Source of the DNA: Antedon mediterranea
Taxonomy: Eukaryota > Animalia > Echinodermata
Assembly (NCBI RefSeq): GCF_964355755.1
Contig: NC_092673.1
Coordinates: 25,231,648 to 25,295,647, forward strand
Length of the DNA: 64,000 nucleotides
Direction of reading: 5' to 3'
The notes under the pieces are model-generated. The model ran no database searches. It worked only from the letters and a program-made list of their open reading frames with translations, and had not been told where the DNA came from. The translations under genes were made by a program, and so were the position numbers. Numbering within the stretch: the first letter of the stretch is position 1; every line of letters starts with the position of its first letter. Below, piece after piece: positions 1-14,344 of this stretch.

Positions 1-29
1 TTATTAATTCCTATTATACGCTGTTGCAG

Positions 30-835
30 AGGTCAGGTTGTTGAATGGTCTGGGTGTTAGTTGTCCGTCCGGGGGGTAGTTGTTCTAAAGGGATAGTTTT
101 CTGGGTGGTAGTTGTCCAGGGGTTAGTTGTCCTACGGAGGAAGTTGTCCTAAAAGATTATTTGCCCTCGGAGTATTGTCCAGGTCCAGGAGGTAGTTGTC
201 CTACGGGGAGTATTGTGTCAGAGGCAGTTGTCCGCGGGGTAATAAGATTATGATAATATAATTTCTAATTTGATACGATTAACCAAAAAGGAATTACAGT
301 GATACGGGTTACTGGTGGTACTGAGCTATTATTGTTTTTTTTTATCATGTATATAAATATATTGTATAATCCGGGTTGTAAAATGAAAACAAACAAATGA
401 AATGTTGTCCAGGGGTTAGTTGTCCTACGGAGGTAGTTGTCCTAAAAGATTATTTGCCCTCGGAGTATTGTCCAGGAAGTAGTTGTCCTACGGGGAGTAT
501 TGTGTCAGAGGTAGTTGTCCGCGGGGTAATTACCCGGGGAGGAGGGGGTAATTGTCCGGGGGGGTAATTGTCCGGGGGGGGGTAATTGTCCGGGGGGGGT
601 AATTGTCCAGGGGGTAATTGTTCCTAGGGGGTAATTGTCCGGGGGGTAGTTGTCCAGGGGGTAGTTGTCCTAAGGGGGTAGTTGTCCTAAGGGGGTAGTT
701 GTCCGGGGGGTATTTGTCCGGGGGGTAGTTGTCCTAAAGGGGTAGTTGTCCTAAGGGGGTAGTGGTCCAGGTGGTGGTTGTCCGGGGGGTAGTTTTCCGG
801 GGGGTAAATGTCCAGGGGGTGAATATCCGGATACG
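30..835. repeat. G-rich ~16-18 bp tandem repeats (GGGGG(G)TA[A/G]TTGTCC), probably the subterminal array of a non-autonomous DNA transposon ending ...ATCCGGATACG
   Basis: Dozens of GGGGGTAATTGTCC/GGGGGTAGTTGTCC units, densest at 525-825; block 113-243 recurs at 404-530. ORF 687-887 is just the translated repeat. Confidence 0.75.
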
Positions 836-842
836 ATTTTTT

Positions 843-1212
843 TTTCATGTTTTGAAGTATAATAAGTCCAATTTCCGGGACCTCCAACTCTATTTTTCTA
901 AATTTTCTTTGAACTTTTATTTTTTAAATTGAAAAATATGGATTGAAACAGTCATCGCGCATCGTTTTTTTGCACGCAGTATTTTATTTATGCATTATAA
1001 AAAATGGAAAAAATGGCTACCCTAAATCTGATTAAAAAGACCTCAAATGACGCTAGAACGCGTTGCTTCCGGGGGCTTCGCCCCTTGGACCCCACCGGGG
1101 GCCCTTGGCGGCCCCTGGCCCTCAGCCTAGTGATGGATGCTCGCTTCGCTTGCATAGCCCCTTCGTCGGGGAACGTAGCCCCCGCGTCGGGAAGATCCTG
1201 GCGCCACCCCTG
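843..1212 (-). mobile_element. Dispersed non-autonomous DNA transposon end (hAT-like CAGGGGTGGCGCCAGG terminus), copy 1
   Basis: Near-identical reverse complement of 62325-62683; ends in CCTGGCGCCACCCCTG at 1212. Confidence 0.7.
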
Positions 1213-1269
1213 CTGAGTTGGCCTCATCATGAAAGCCCAAGCCACAACAGAGAGTCTTACATCAGTCTT

Positions 1270-1389
1270 TAGAACGTCAAATAACGCAATGACCGGGGGC
1301 CCTTGGCGGCCCCCTGGCCCCCAGCCATTGTTGCTCGCTTCGCTCGCACCCCCCCCCCCCCCCATTATAAATGCTGCATACGGGCCTGC
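1270..1389 (-). mobile_element. Dispersed hAT-like MITE end (CAGGCCCGTATGCAGC terminus), copy 1
   Basis: Reverse complement of 51059-51169; truncates the Penelope-like relic at about 1390. Confidence 0.65.
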
Positions 1390-1595
1390 ATCGCTACATA
1401 AATGTCGAAGTCTAACAAGTTGCGAATACGGTATAGCATTCTTACAAGCTGGAGGATGCGAAGAGTGGTAATTTAGATAAGTGTGCTCGTCAGTATCTTT
1501 GTAGTGAACGGATGTAGAAAGACCAGGTTTATCAATAGATAAACTAATATCAAGGAAAGGCACACACTTGTCAGAAATTTCATGAGTAAACTTTA

Positions 1596-4059
1596 CAGTC
1601 GGGCAGCAAAGTGGTTGACCTCGCGAATTATTACCAAATCAAAATTTGAATTGCCGCCATCTTGGAATCGCGATAAAGCAAGTAGTGCGGAATTACAAAA
1701 TGCAGCAAAAAAAAATTTCAATAACATTTAAATAGCATATTCATACAATTAAATTTATATTAATAAAATTCAACTAAGGATTTTACGAAAGATAGGCTAC
1801 TTAAGAAATACTGCCGAGATCGGATCCCCCACACGGCGTAGGGTACCGCAGTGCTAAGGGGCCTAGGTAGGAAAAAATCTGATTTTACCTGTTAAACATG
1901 CTTGAACCAAGGCCATTTTAATATATATTATCCAGATTATATATCAAAACAAACTGATAAAAGGATTTGTTGATTTGCTTCTGATGAGAAAAGTGCCGGA
2001 TTCATTTCGCTGACGGCGAATGAATACACGAATTTTCGCCATTTTCTAGCACTAGCCTTGGGTACCCAGACAGCTGATAACGATTATATTCGATTGTCCA
2101 GACGTCTCTGCTACTGGTGCTCAATACTACAGTATGTATTACCATGGACCTATAGGTCCATGGTGTTACTGTACATATAGTACTGTATGTTTAGTTTTTG
2201 CTTTCTTTATGGCAAAATAAATATTTAATTTTTATTATTGCTTATTTTGCTTTAACTTTATCCAAGAAGAAGTAAATATTATTATATATATGCATATTAC
2301 AGTCAAGTTGCAACTGCCACGAATCCACTCCACTTTGGTTACTAACTAAATAATTAATACAGTCAACTCTCCCAATACCGGACTCTCTGAAAACCAGAAA
2401 CTCTCCCAATACCAGACTTTTTTTGAGGACCAAAAGGTCCCAAATTTATATTTACCATTAAAAACACATTCCGAATACCAGACTTTCCGGAAAACCAGAC
2501 TTATTTGGCCGGCCCAAAGGTGTCCGGTATTGGGAGAGTTGACTGTAGTATAACATCATAACAAACAAATTAACAAGTTAATAAATTAACCACCATTAAA
2601 TAATTTTATTTACAAAAAAGTATTTTACATACAGTATAACATGTAATATCTTATTTACATCGAAGTAAAATATGCCTATCAAACTATCTTGCTCAGGCTA
2701 AATAAAATATCAAGTTATATATGTCAATATTTGAGTTAAATCATCGCGATAATTTTATTTTTTTTTTATTTTTAAAGACATCTGTTACGTACATCAATTT
2801 ACAAATATCAAAATAGGATTGTTTTTGCAGCACAAGATGAATCACAAGTCGGATAGTTTATTCTTAGAAACCTGAAAGAAAAAAAAAACACCAATAATGA
2901 GCTATTCATAGTTAAATAATTTTAATGTTAACTTTAGTCATCCTAAATTTTGTCGCCATGATCACTACTATACACAATACTGTATATATAAATATCATAT
3001 GTACGACCATCCAAATTACCTCATCCTACCTACAGTCCTTCCTAGCCTAGGCTACATTATTGTCATATATTTACAAACCTCCAACAGCCACAACGTATTT
3101 TCTTTTCTTTGGCAAAGAATTTCCCGTAATATAGTCCTAAATTAATTAAATAAATCAAAAGGTCTAGGCCTAGGCCTTTCTTTAAATATCCGACGATATA
3201 TATCCATAATCCAGTGGATATAGATTCAACATTTTAAACATAATAATAATATGGCTTCACATTGATTATAATAAGTCGGCGATATGCCACTAAAAACTAG
3301 CCTGCGGCCCTCCGTCAAATGGGCTAGGCCTAGCCTAGGCCTAGATAATACTACAAGTAGGGTACATTTTTTTACAACCAAATAATGTACAATTATATTG
3401 CAATATTTACCAAACTAGCACCAAATCCAAAATAATAAAGCTACTAATAACATATTTTGGTATATTAACTGGTTTAAAAACGGATTGCACATAGTGATTT
3501 TGAAGGATTGAAATTACTCAACCACACGGCCTGTACTAAACATACGAATCCAAGATGGAGTCTGCTTAGAATATATCCCCAGCTTTGAACGGATATTGAA
3601 TCCGTCCCACAAGCTGAACCAAGCTTAAACTTTCAGAAAAGATAGATTAATAACCTAATAACCAACCACTAAGTTTTTATAAAGGTTCCGTGCTGATGAG
3701 AAAAGTGCCGGATTCCCTACGAAACCAAACAAATAAATCATGTAGCCTACCTCAACGAACACCTCCATCTGCACTTTTTTCTTCAATAAGCTCTGTCGTC
3801 ATTTCCTGGGCTATTTATACCAAAATTTTGTGGCGGGAATAATCTTCCATATTAGGAGTAACAATTTCCAAATATAGAAAGATATAATTTAACCCGGATG
3901 GTGGAAATTGCAGCAGATTTGTAAGGGTATTCCCATGCAAAATGCTTGCCGCGAAGTGAAAAGCGAACCGGAAGTCACTATAACTTGGCGATGCTCAGTG
4001 ACCTGCGCAGTTAAAAAACAGCGTTTTAACGGTTAAATGAGCACTTTGCTGCTCGACTG
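1596..4059. mobile_element. 2464-bp non-autonomous DNA transposon, 18-bp TIR CAGTCG[G/A]GCAGCAAAGTG, 4-bp TSD TTTA (superfamily unresolved)
   Basis: TIRs at 1596-1613 and 4042-4059 (1 mismatch); TTTA at 1592-1595 and 4060-4063; the empty site restores the RT frame. Confidence 0.9.
2360..2545. mobile_element. Tc1/mariner (pogo/Tigger-like) MITE
   Basis: TIR CAGTCAACTCTCCCAATACCGGAC at both ends; TA flanks at 2358-2359 and 2546-2547. Confidence 0.88.
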
Positions 4060-5649
4060 TTTATAGCAGGATGAAAATTGTTCACGAAGTTAATGAACTC
4101 ATTAAGTTCATCAACACCAACACAATCATCAATATACCGTTTGAATAAATTTGGTTTCTTTCCCTTAAAATCTCGTAACACATTCTGCTCAAAATACCCC
4201 ATAAAGAGGCAAGCAAAGTTAGGTCCCATTTTTGTACCCATGCTTATCCCAGAAACTTGCCGAAAAAACTTTCCATTGAAGTTGAAGGCTGTAGTATTAA
4301 GTACAAGTTCACCGAGACGTAGTATTGTCGATGCGGGATCTAGTTCAATAAAATGTCTCATTGCGTTAAGTCCATCTTGAATAGGAATTGATGTGTCTAA
4401 GGCCGTAACATCCATTGTAAAAAGATAAGCACTCTCAGATGAAAATGTATAATCTTTAAACAAAACTGCAGCTTTTTGCTATCTTATGATGTAGGTTGGC
4501 AGATTTTGTACATCAATTGGCTTCAAGATTCCATCCAAGAACTCGCTAATAACAACTGTAGGCGCGTTACAAGCGGAAACAATAGGTCTACCATGACTGT
4601 TAGTCTTGTGTATTTTAGGTAACATGTAAAAGCTATAGACACAAGTGGCGTCAGAATTAATCAATATATGGGCTGTAGAAGGAAGCTCTTTCTTCTTAAT
4701 CATACTATTTACAGTCTTCTTAACAATACCAATATCAGAATCAGTAGGGAGTATGACATGGATGCAAAAATCATATGCCATTATGTATGTAATATTTATT
4801 TCATCATTACCGATCATCGCTTAATTGCCGTCATAAATTATTATATAAGGCTAATTTTTGTGGCCAAGCTCTACCTGTTTTTGAGTTTAGATTTAGGTAT
4901 GTGGTTATTTACTTTCTATAGGCCTCATAAATACGGTACAAAAATACACATGCACACCAACATTTAAGTGTAGCTTTAAAAAAGATCCCATACACACTAT
5001 TTTTGTATTATATATTTCACCGGCGTTTGCCACATAATCAGTTTTAGGAGATTCCCTTTTACTGGGCATGCTCAGACTGACGTAATAGCTGTAAACTATA
5101 TTTTTAATGGTAGTTCCCCGTACAAAATATGGCTGTATATCACTCCGATAAAAAAAGTATAACCGATTTTGACAAAAGTCACATACGAAAATAAAAAAAT
5201 CAATGCACATGGATGTCTATTATATATATTTATGTGTTTAATTAGATATTTTAAACTGCGTAATAGCTAATTATTTTTAACATCGAAGGACTAATTTTAA
5301 TTGCGTGTATGAACATTTTCAGACGCCCCACTCGTCTTTGATGACCTCCACCGTACGGTTCTAGGCTTATTTGAGCTATATTGTGTAGTCGTTTTTTGAT
5401 AACTGAGAACTATCAGTGTGTATCATCCTCGTACATAACTGTTTCTTAGTTGTAATAAAGATCACATTATTATAACATCTAGCATGTTATTATAATATAT
5501 AAATTTATAGGTACCAATACTGATATTTTTATTTTCAAAAAAATTCGATAAGTATTTTAATAACACTAAAACAACATTCTTAATATAACAAATGATATGT
5601 AGTACTACTAAATCAATGTCTAATTGCATAAAGGACTATGTGTACAGTA

Positions 5650-8600
5650 TTATGATCAGTGTAGTTACAATTTGATAACTGAGCACGCATCTTTTAATAT
5701 CTACCTCATCAATAATTAGCATTGATATCATATATCAGATTGTTGGATATGATCAGTGTAGTCATAATTTGATAACTGAGCACGCATCTTTTAATACCTA
5801 CCTCATCAATAATTATTTTTAATAATCTATATCACATTGTTCGATATGATCAGTGTAGTCAGAATTGGATAACTGAGCACGCATCTTTTAATATCTACCT
5901 CATCAATAATTATTATTAATAATCTATATCACATTGTTCGATATAATCAGTGTAGTCAAAATTTGATAACTGAGCACGCATCTTTTAATATCTACCTCAT
6001 CAATAATTATTACTAATAATCTATATCACATTGTGCGATATGATCAGTGTAGTCATAATTTGATAACTGAGCACGCATCTTTTAATATCTACCTCATAAA
6101 TAATTATTATTAATATCTTATATCACATTATTGGATATGATCAGTGTAGTCAGAATTTGATAACTGAGCACGCATCTGTCAATATCTACATCAACAATAA
6201 TTATTATTAATAATCTATATCACATTGTTGGATATGATCAGTGTAGTCATAATTTGATAACTGAGCACGCATCTTTTAATATCTACCTCATAAATAATTA
6301 TTATTAATATCTTATATCACATTATTGGATATGATCAGTGTAGTCAGAATTTGATAACTGAGCACGCATCTGTCAATATCTACATCAACAATAATTATTA
6401 TTAATAATCTATATCACATTGTTGGATATGATCAGTGTAGTCATAATTTGATAACTGAGCACTCATCTTTTAATATCTACCTCATCAATAATTATTATTA
6501 ATATCTTATATCACATTGCTGGATATGATCAGTGTAGTCAGAATTTGATAACTGAGCACGCATCTTTTAATATCTACCTCACCAATAATTATTATTAATA
6601 TCATATATCATACTGTTAGATGTGATCAGTGTAGTCATAATTTGATAACTGAGCACGCATCTTTAAATATCTAAATCATCAATAATTATTATTAATAATC
6701 TATATCACATTGTTGGATATGATCAGTGTAGTCAGAATTTGATAACTGAGCACGCATCTTTTAACATCTAAATCATCAATAATTATTATTAATATCTTAT
6801 ATCACATTGTTGAATACGATCAGTGTAGTCATAATTTGATAACTGAGCACGCGTCCTTTAATATCTACCTCATCAATAATTATTATTAATATCTTATATC
6901 ACATTGTTGGATATGATCAGTGTAGTCAGAATTTGATAACTGAGCACGCATCTGTCAATATCTACATCAACAATAATTATTATTAATAATCTATATCACA
7001 TTGTTGAATATGATCAGTGTAGTCATAATTTGATAACTGAGCACGCATCTTTTAATATCTACCTCAACAATAATTATTATTAATAATCTATATCACATTG
7101 TTGGATATGATCAGTGTAGTCATAATTTGATAACTGAGCACTCATCTTTTAATATCTACCTCATCAATAATTATTATTAATATCTTATATCACATTGTTG
7201 GATATCATCAGTGTAGTCAAAATTTGATAACTGAGCACTGACGCATCTTTCAATATCTACATCATCAATAATTATTATTAATAATCTATATCACATTGTT
7301 GGATATGGATATGATCAGTGTAGTCATAATTTGATAACTGAGCACGCATCTGTCAATATCTACATCAACAATAATTATTATTAATAATCTATATCACATT
7401 GTTGGATATGATCAGTGTAGTGATAATTTGATAACTGAGCACGCATCTTTTAATATCTACCTCATCAATAATTATTAATATCTTATATCACATTGTTGGA
7501 TATGATCAGTGTAGTCATAATTTGATAAGTGAGCACGCATCTTTCAATATCTACATCATCAATAATTATTATTAATAATCTATATCACATTGTTGGATAT
7601 GATCAGTGTAGTCATAATTTGATAACTAAGCACGCATCTTTAAATGTCTACCTCATCAATAATTAATGTTAATAATCTAAATCACATTGTTGGATATGAT
7701 CAGTGTAGTCATAATTTGATAACTGAGCACGCATCTTTAAATATTTACATCATCAATAATTATTATTAATAATCTATATCACATTGTTGGATATAATCAG
7801 TGCAGTCATAATTTGATAACTGAGCACGCATCTTTTAATATCTACCTAATCAATAATTGTTATTAATATCTTATATCACATTGTTGGATATGATCAGTGT
7901 AGTCAGAATTTGATAACTGAGCACGCATCTTTCAATATCTACATCATCAATAATTATTATTAATATCTTATATCACATTGTTGGATATGATCAGTGTAGT
8001 CATAATTTGATAACTGAGCACGCATCTTTCAATATCTACATCATCAATAATTATTATTAATAATCTATATCACATTGTTGGATATAATCAGTGTAGTCAG
8101 AATTTGATAACTGAGCACGCATCTTTCAATATCTACCTCATCAATAATTGTTATTAATATCTTATATCACATTGTTGGATATGATCAGTGTAGTCAGAAT
8201 TTGATAACTGAGCACGCATCTTTCAATATCTACATCATCAATAATTATTATTAATATCTTATATCACATTGTTGGATATGATCAGTGTAGTCATAATTTG
8301 ATAACTGAGCACGCATCTTTCAATATCTACATCATCAATAATTATTATTAATAATCTATATCACATTGTTGGATATAATCAGTGTAGTCAGAATTTGATA
8401 ACTGAGCACGCATCTTTCAATATCTACCTCATCAATAATTATTAATAATAATCTATATCACATTCTTGGATATGATCAGTGTAGTCATAATTTGATAACT
8501 AAGCACGCATCTTTAAATGTCTACCTCATCAATAATTAATGTTAAGAATCTAAATCACATTGTTGGATATGATCAGTGTAGTCATAATTTGATAACTGAG

Positions 8601-10420
8601 CACGCATCTTTAAATATTTACATCATCAATAATTATTATTAATAATCTATATCACATTGTTGGATATAATCAGTGTAGTCATAATTTGATAACTGAGCAC
8701 GCATCTTTTAATATCTACCTCATCAATAATTGTTATTAATATCTTATATCACATTGTTGGATATGATCAGTGTAGTCAGAATTTGATAACTGAGCACGCA
8801 TCTTTCAATATCTACATCATCAATAATTAATATTAATATCTTATATCACATTGTTGGATATGATCAGTGTAGTCAGAATTTGATAACTGAGCACGCATCT
8901 TTCGATATCTACATCATCAATAATTATTATTAATATCTTATATCACATTGTTGGATATGATCAGTGTAGTCATAATTTGATAACTGAGCACGCATCTTTC
9001 AATATCTACATCATCAATAATTATTATTAATAATCTATATCACATTGTTGGATATAATCAGTGTAGTCAAAATTTGATAACTGAGCACGCATCTTTAAAT
9101 ATCTACATCATCAATAATTATTATTAATAATCTATATCACATTGTTGGATATGATCAGTGTAGTCATAATTTGATAACTGAGCACGCATCTTTTAATATC
9201 TACATCATCAATAATTATTATTAATAATCTGCATCACATTGTTCGATATGATCAGTGTAGTCATAATTTGATAACTGAGCACGCATCTTTCAATATCTAC
9301 CTCATCAATAATTATTAATAATAATCTATATCACATTGTTCGATATGATCAGTGTAGCCATAATTTGATAACTGAGCACGCATCTTTTAATATCTACCTC
9401 ATAAATAATTATTAATAATAATCTATATCACATTGTTGGATATGATCAGTGTAGTCATAATTTGATCACTGAGCACGCATCTTTTAATATCTACCTCATC
9501 AATAATTATTATTAATATCTTATATCACATTGTTGGATATGATCAGTGTAGTCAGAATTTGATAACTGAGCACGCATCTGTCAATATCTACATCAACAAT
9601 AATTATTATTAATAATCTATATCACATTGTTGAATATGATCACTGTAGTCATAATTTGATAACTGAGCACTCATCTTTTAATATCTACCTCATCAATAAT
9701 TATTATTAATATCTTATATCACATTGTTGGATATGATCAGTGAAGTCAGAATTTGATAACTGAGCACGCATCTTTCAATATCTACATCATCAATAATTAT
9801 TATTAATAATCTATATCACATTGTTGGATATGATCAGTGTAGTCATAATTTGATAACTGAGCACGCATCTGTCAATATCTACATCAACAATAATTATTAT
9901 TAATAATCTATATCACATTGTTGGATATGATCAGTGTAGTCATAATTTGATAACTGAGCACGCATCTTTTAATATCTACCTCATCAATAATTATTATTAA
10001 TATCTTATATCACATTGTTGGATATGATCAGTGTAGTCAGAATTTGATAACTGAGCACGCATTTTTCAATATCTACATCATCAATAATTATTATTAATAA
10101 TCTATATCACATTGTTGGATATGATCAGTGTAGTCATAATTTGATAACTGAGCACGCATCTTTAAATATCTATCCCATCAATAATTATTATTAATAATCT
10201 ATATCACATTGTTGGATATGATCAGTGTAGTCAGAATTTGATAACTGAGCACGCATCTTTTAATATCTACCTCATTTAGGTTACCCAGTATAAATATATA
10301 TTTCAATTCAATTCAACACATTGTTGGATATGATCTGTGTATTCATAATTTTATATAACGCATCTTTTAATATCTACCTAATCAATAATAATTATTAATA
10401 CTTAATGTTGGATATGATCA
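5650..10420 (+). repeat. 97-bp satellite array, about 49 units
   Basis: Unit GATATGATCAGTGTAGTCATAATTTGATAACTGAGCACGCATCTTTTAATATCTACCTCATCAATAATTATTATTAATAATCTATATCACATTGTTG; anchors at 5848, 5945 and 6042 give a period of 97. Confidence 0.97.
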
Positions 10421-11109
10421 CTGTGATTTTGTTAGATTTACTGTATAGGGCCTACAAGAGATCGAGTCGATGGGTTTTGAAAATGTGTTATTCTTTTGTT
10501 CCTAATTACCCTATTGATTTGTATCCGTTTGCTGTTTAAATTTATACTTTTAAGAACGCATCGTTTATGATGAACGTGTGCCGTTGTAAAAATAAAAATA
10601 TTCCATATCTTTTTAAGTTTGATATGTATTGTAGGGGCCATCGTGAGACATGCTTTGGCTTCTATTGAGGGTCCCAGTTCTTCTTAACAGAATAAATGTG
10701 CAGTGAATGAATAATTTGATAAATGAGGACGTGTGTTTTAACATCGATCTATACAGACCGTAATACTCTTCCAGAAATGATATGTTGCTATAATAAGCCT
10801 ATGACCAATTTCCATTACATTAATAATTCAATTAATATTGGAAATGTGTCAGAAATACTAAAGAAATCCAGTAATCTTATTGATTAATAATTATTTATAC
10901 CAATTCTGATGAACGAACAGAAAACTAAACTTGCAGCCAATCAAAAAGCTGCTGTACTGTATAAGTAGGGAATTTTAAGTAGGAGTTGTTTTAAATGTCA
11001 TTGGTCTCGGCTAATCAGTTATTGCCATTTGACTATGATAGGCATCTTTATTACCAAACAATATTAAAATATAATGACTTCTTTCACTTTTTACAACCTA
11101 GTTTGTGTT

Positions 11110-14100
11110 TTAAAATGTCAATTTTGGATAAATTTACAGATTTTACCATTTAAACAGCGTAAACTTAATGCAAACTTTAAAAAAACACCCACAAACATCA
11201 TCCAAACCACTTAATATTGATTATACCACTACAAGAACTATAAAAGAGGACAATTTATGAAATCATTTCATTGAAATAGCTCTAGGTTTGATTTTTTAGG
11301 GTGAAAAATGTAAACTTTGGATAAATTGACAGATTTTACCATGTAAACTGTGCAAACTTTAAAAAAACACCCAACAAACATCTTCCAAACCACTTAATAT
11401 TGATTATACTACTACTAGAACTATAGAAGAGGACGATTTATGAAATAATTTTATTGAAATAGCTCTAGGTTTGAATTTTTAGGGTAAAAATTGTCAATTT
11501 TTGATAAATTTACAGATTTTACCATGTAAACTGCGTAAACTTAATGCAAACTTAAAAAAAACACCCCACAAACATCATCCAAACAAATTAATATTGATTA
11601 TACCACTACAAGAACTATAAAAGAAGACAATTTATGAAATCATTTCATTGAAATAGCTCTAGGTTTGAATTTTTAGGGCGAAAAATGTCAATTTTGGATA
11701 AATTTACAGATTTTACCGTGCAAACTGCGTAAACTTAATGCTAACTTTAAAAAAACACCCCACAAACAGCATTCAAACAACTTAATATTGATTATATCAC
11801 TACTAGAACTGCAAAAGAAGAGAATTTTTTTAATCAATTTATTGAAATAGCTCTAAGATTGACTTTTAAGGGTGAAAAATGTCAATTTTGGATAAATTTA
11901 CAGATTTTGCCATGTAAACTGTGCAAACTTTAAAAAAACACCCAACAAACCTCATCCAAACCACTTAATATTGATTATACCACTACTAGAACTATAAAAG
12001 AAGACAATTTATGAAATAATTTTATTGAAATAGCTCTAGGTTTGAATTTTTAGGGTAAAAAATGTCAATTTTGGATAAATTTACAGATTTTGCCATGTAA
12101 ACTGTGCAAACTTTAAAAAAACACCCAACAAACATCATCCAAACCACTTAATATTGATTATACCACTACTAGAACTATAAAAGAAGACAATTTATGAAAT
12201 AATTTTATTGAAATAGCTCTAGGTTTGAATTTTTAGGGTAAAAAATGTCAATCTTGGATAAATTTACAGATTTTGCCCTGTAAACTGTGCAAACTTTAAA
12301 AAAACACCCCACAAACATCATCCAAACCACTTAATATTGATTATACCACTACTAGAACTATAAAAGAGGACAATTTATGAAATAATTTTATTGAAATAGC
12401 TCTAGGTTTGAATTTTTAGGGTAAAAAATGTCAATTTTGGATAAATTTACAGATTTTGCCATGTAAAACTGTGTAAACATAATGCTAACTTAAAAAAAAC
12501 ACCCCACAAACATCATTCAAACAACTTAATATTGATTATATCACTACTAGAACTGTAAAAGAAGAGAATTTTTGAAATCAATTTATTGAAATAGCTCTAA
12601 GTTTGACTTTTTAGGGTAAAAAATGTCAATTTTGGATAAATTTACAGATTTTACCATGTAAACTGCGTAAACTTAATGCAAACTTTAAAAAAACACCCAA
12701 CAAACATCATCCAAACCACTTAATATTGATTATACCACTACTAGAACTATAAAAGAGGACAATTTATGAAATAATTTTATTGAAATAGCTCTAGGTTTGA
12801 ATTTTTAGGGTAAAAAATGTCAATTTTGGATAAATTTACAGATTTTGCCATGTAAACTGCGTAAACTTAATGCAAACTTTAAAAAAACACCCACAAACAG
12901 CATTCAAACAACTTAATATTGATTATATCACTACTAGAACTGCAAAAGAAGAGAATTTTTTTAATCAATTTATTGAAATAGCTCTAAGTTTGACTTTTTA
13001 GGGTGAAAAATGTCAATTTTGGATAAATTTACAGATTTTGCCATGTAAACTGTGCAAACTTTAAAAAAACACCCAACAAACATCATCCAAACCACTTAAT
13101 ATTGATTATACCACTACTAGAACTATAAAAGAGGACAATTTATGAAATAATTTTATTGAAATAGCTCTAGGTTTGAATTTTTAGGGTAAAAAATACCAAT
13201 TTTGGATAAATTTACAGATTTTGCCATGTAAAACTGTGTAAACTTAATGCTAACTTAAAAAAAACACCCCACAAACATCATTCAAACAACTTAATATTGA
13301 TTATATCACTACTAGAACTGTAAAAGAAGAGAATTTTTGAAATCAATTTATTGAAATAGCTCTAAGTTTGACTTTTTAGGGTGAAAAATGTCAATTTTGG
13401 ATAAATTTACAGATTTTACCATTTAAACTGCGTAAACTTAATGCAAACTTTAAAAAAACACCCCAGAAACATCATCCAAACCACTTAATATTGATTATAT
13501 CATTATTAGAACTATAAAAGAGGAAAATTTATGAAATAATTTTATTGAAATGGCTCTAAGATTTTTTTAGGGGTGAAAAATGTCAATTTTGGATAATTGA
13601 CAGATTTTACCACGTAAACTGCGTAAACTTCATTAAAAAATACCCCACAAACATCATTCAAACAATTGAATACTGATTATACCACTACTAGAACTATAAA
13701 AAAAGACAATTTATGAAATCATTTTATTAAAATAGTTCTAGGTTTGACATTTTTGGGGTGATTATGAAATAATTTTATTGAAATAGCTCTAGGAATAAAT
13801 TGACACATTTTACCATGTAAACTGTGCAAACTTTTAAAAAACACCCCACAAACATCACCCAAACCACTTAATATTGATTATATCGTTATTAGAACAATAA
13901 AAAGAGGACAATTTATGAAATAATTTTAGTGAAATGGCTCTAAGATTTTTTTAGGAGTGAAAAATGTCAATTTTGGATAATTGACAGATTTTACCACTTA
14001 AACTGCGCAAACGTAATGCAAACTTTAAAAAATACCCCGCAAACATCATTCAAACAATTGAATACTGATTATACCACTACTAGAAATATAAAAGAAAACA

Positions 14101-14320
14101 ATTTATGAAATCATTTTATTAAAATAACTCTAGGTTTGACATTTTTGGGGTAAAAAACCACTTAATATTGATTATCACTAAAACTATAAAAGAAGACAAC
14201 TTATGAAATGATTTTATTGAAATAGGTCAAAGTTTGACCTTTTTGGATAAATTGACAGATTTTAAAGTGTAAACTTTACAATGCAAAAAAGGTCATCTGC
14301 AAACATCCTTCAAACCACTT
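11110..14320 (+). repeat. ~183/194-bp satellite array, about 17 units, with variant subtypes
   Basis: Recurring AAAATGTCAATTTTGGATAAATTTACAGATTTT...GAAATAGCTCTAGGTTTGA; long and short units differ by an ~11-bp indel after TAAACTG. Confidence 0.95.
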
Positions 14321-14344
14321 ATTATATTAAGACAATATTAATAT

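Larger units (their letters stand above)
1390..4743 (-). pseudogene. Penelope-like retroelement reverse transcriptase relic, split by the 1596-4059 insertion
   Basis: Motifs FYMLPKIHK..GRPIVS (4479-4740), LFTMDV..SIP, QVSGISMGTKMGP, RYIDD (4063-4463) and PFLD..YKDTD..YLNYHSSHP (1390-1595). Removing 1596-4059 plus one TTTA restores NNFHPAIKFTHEISDKCVPFLDI in frame. Confidence 0.88.

Noticed and set aside
988-1563. 191-aa ORF as a novel gene
   Set aside because: Chance read-through from the Penelope RT fragment into two MITE ends.
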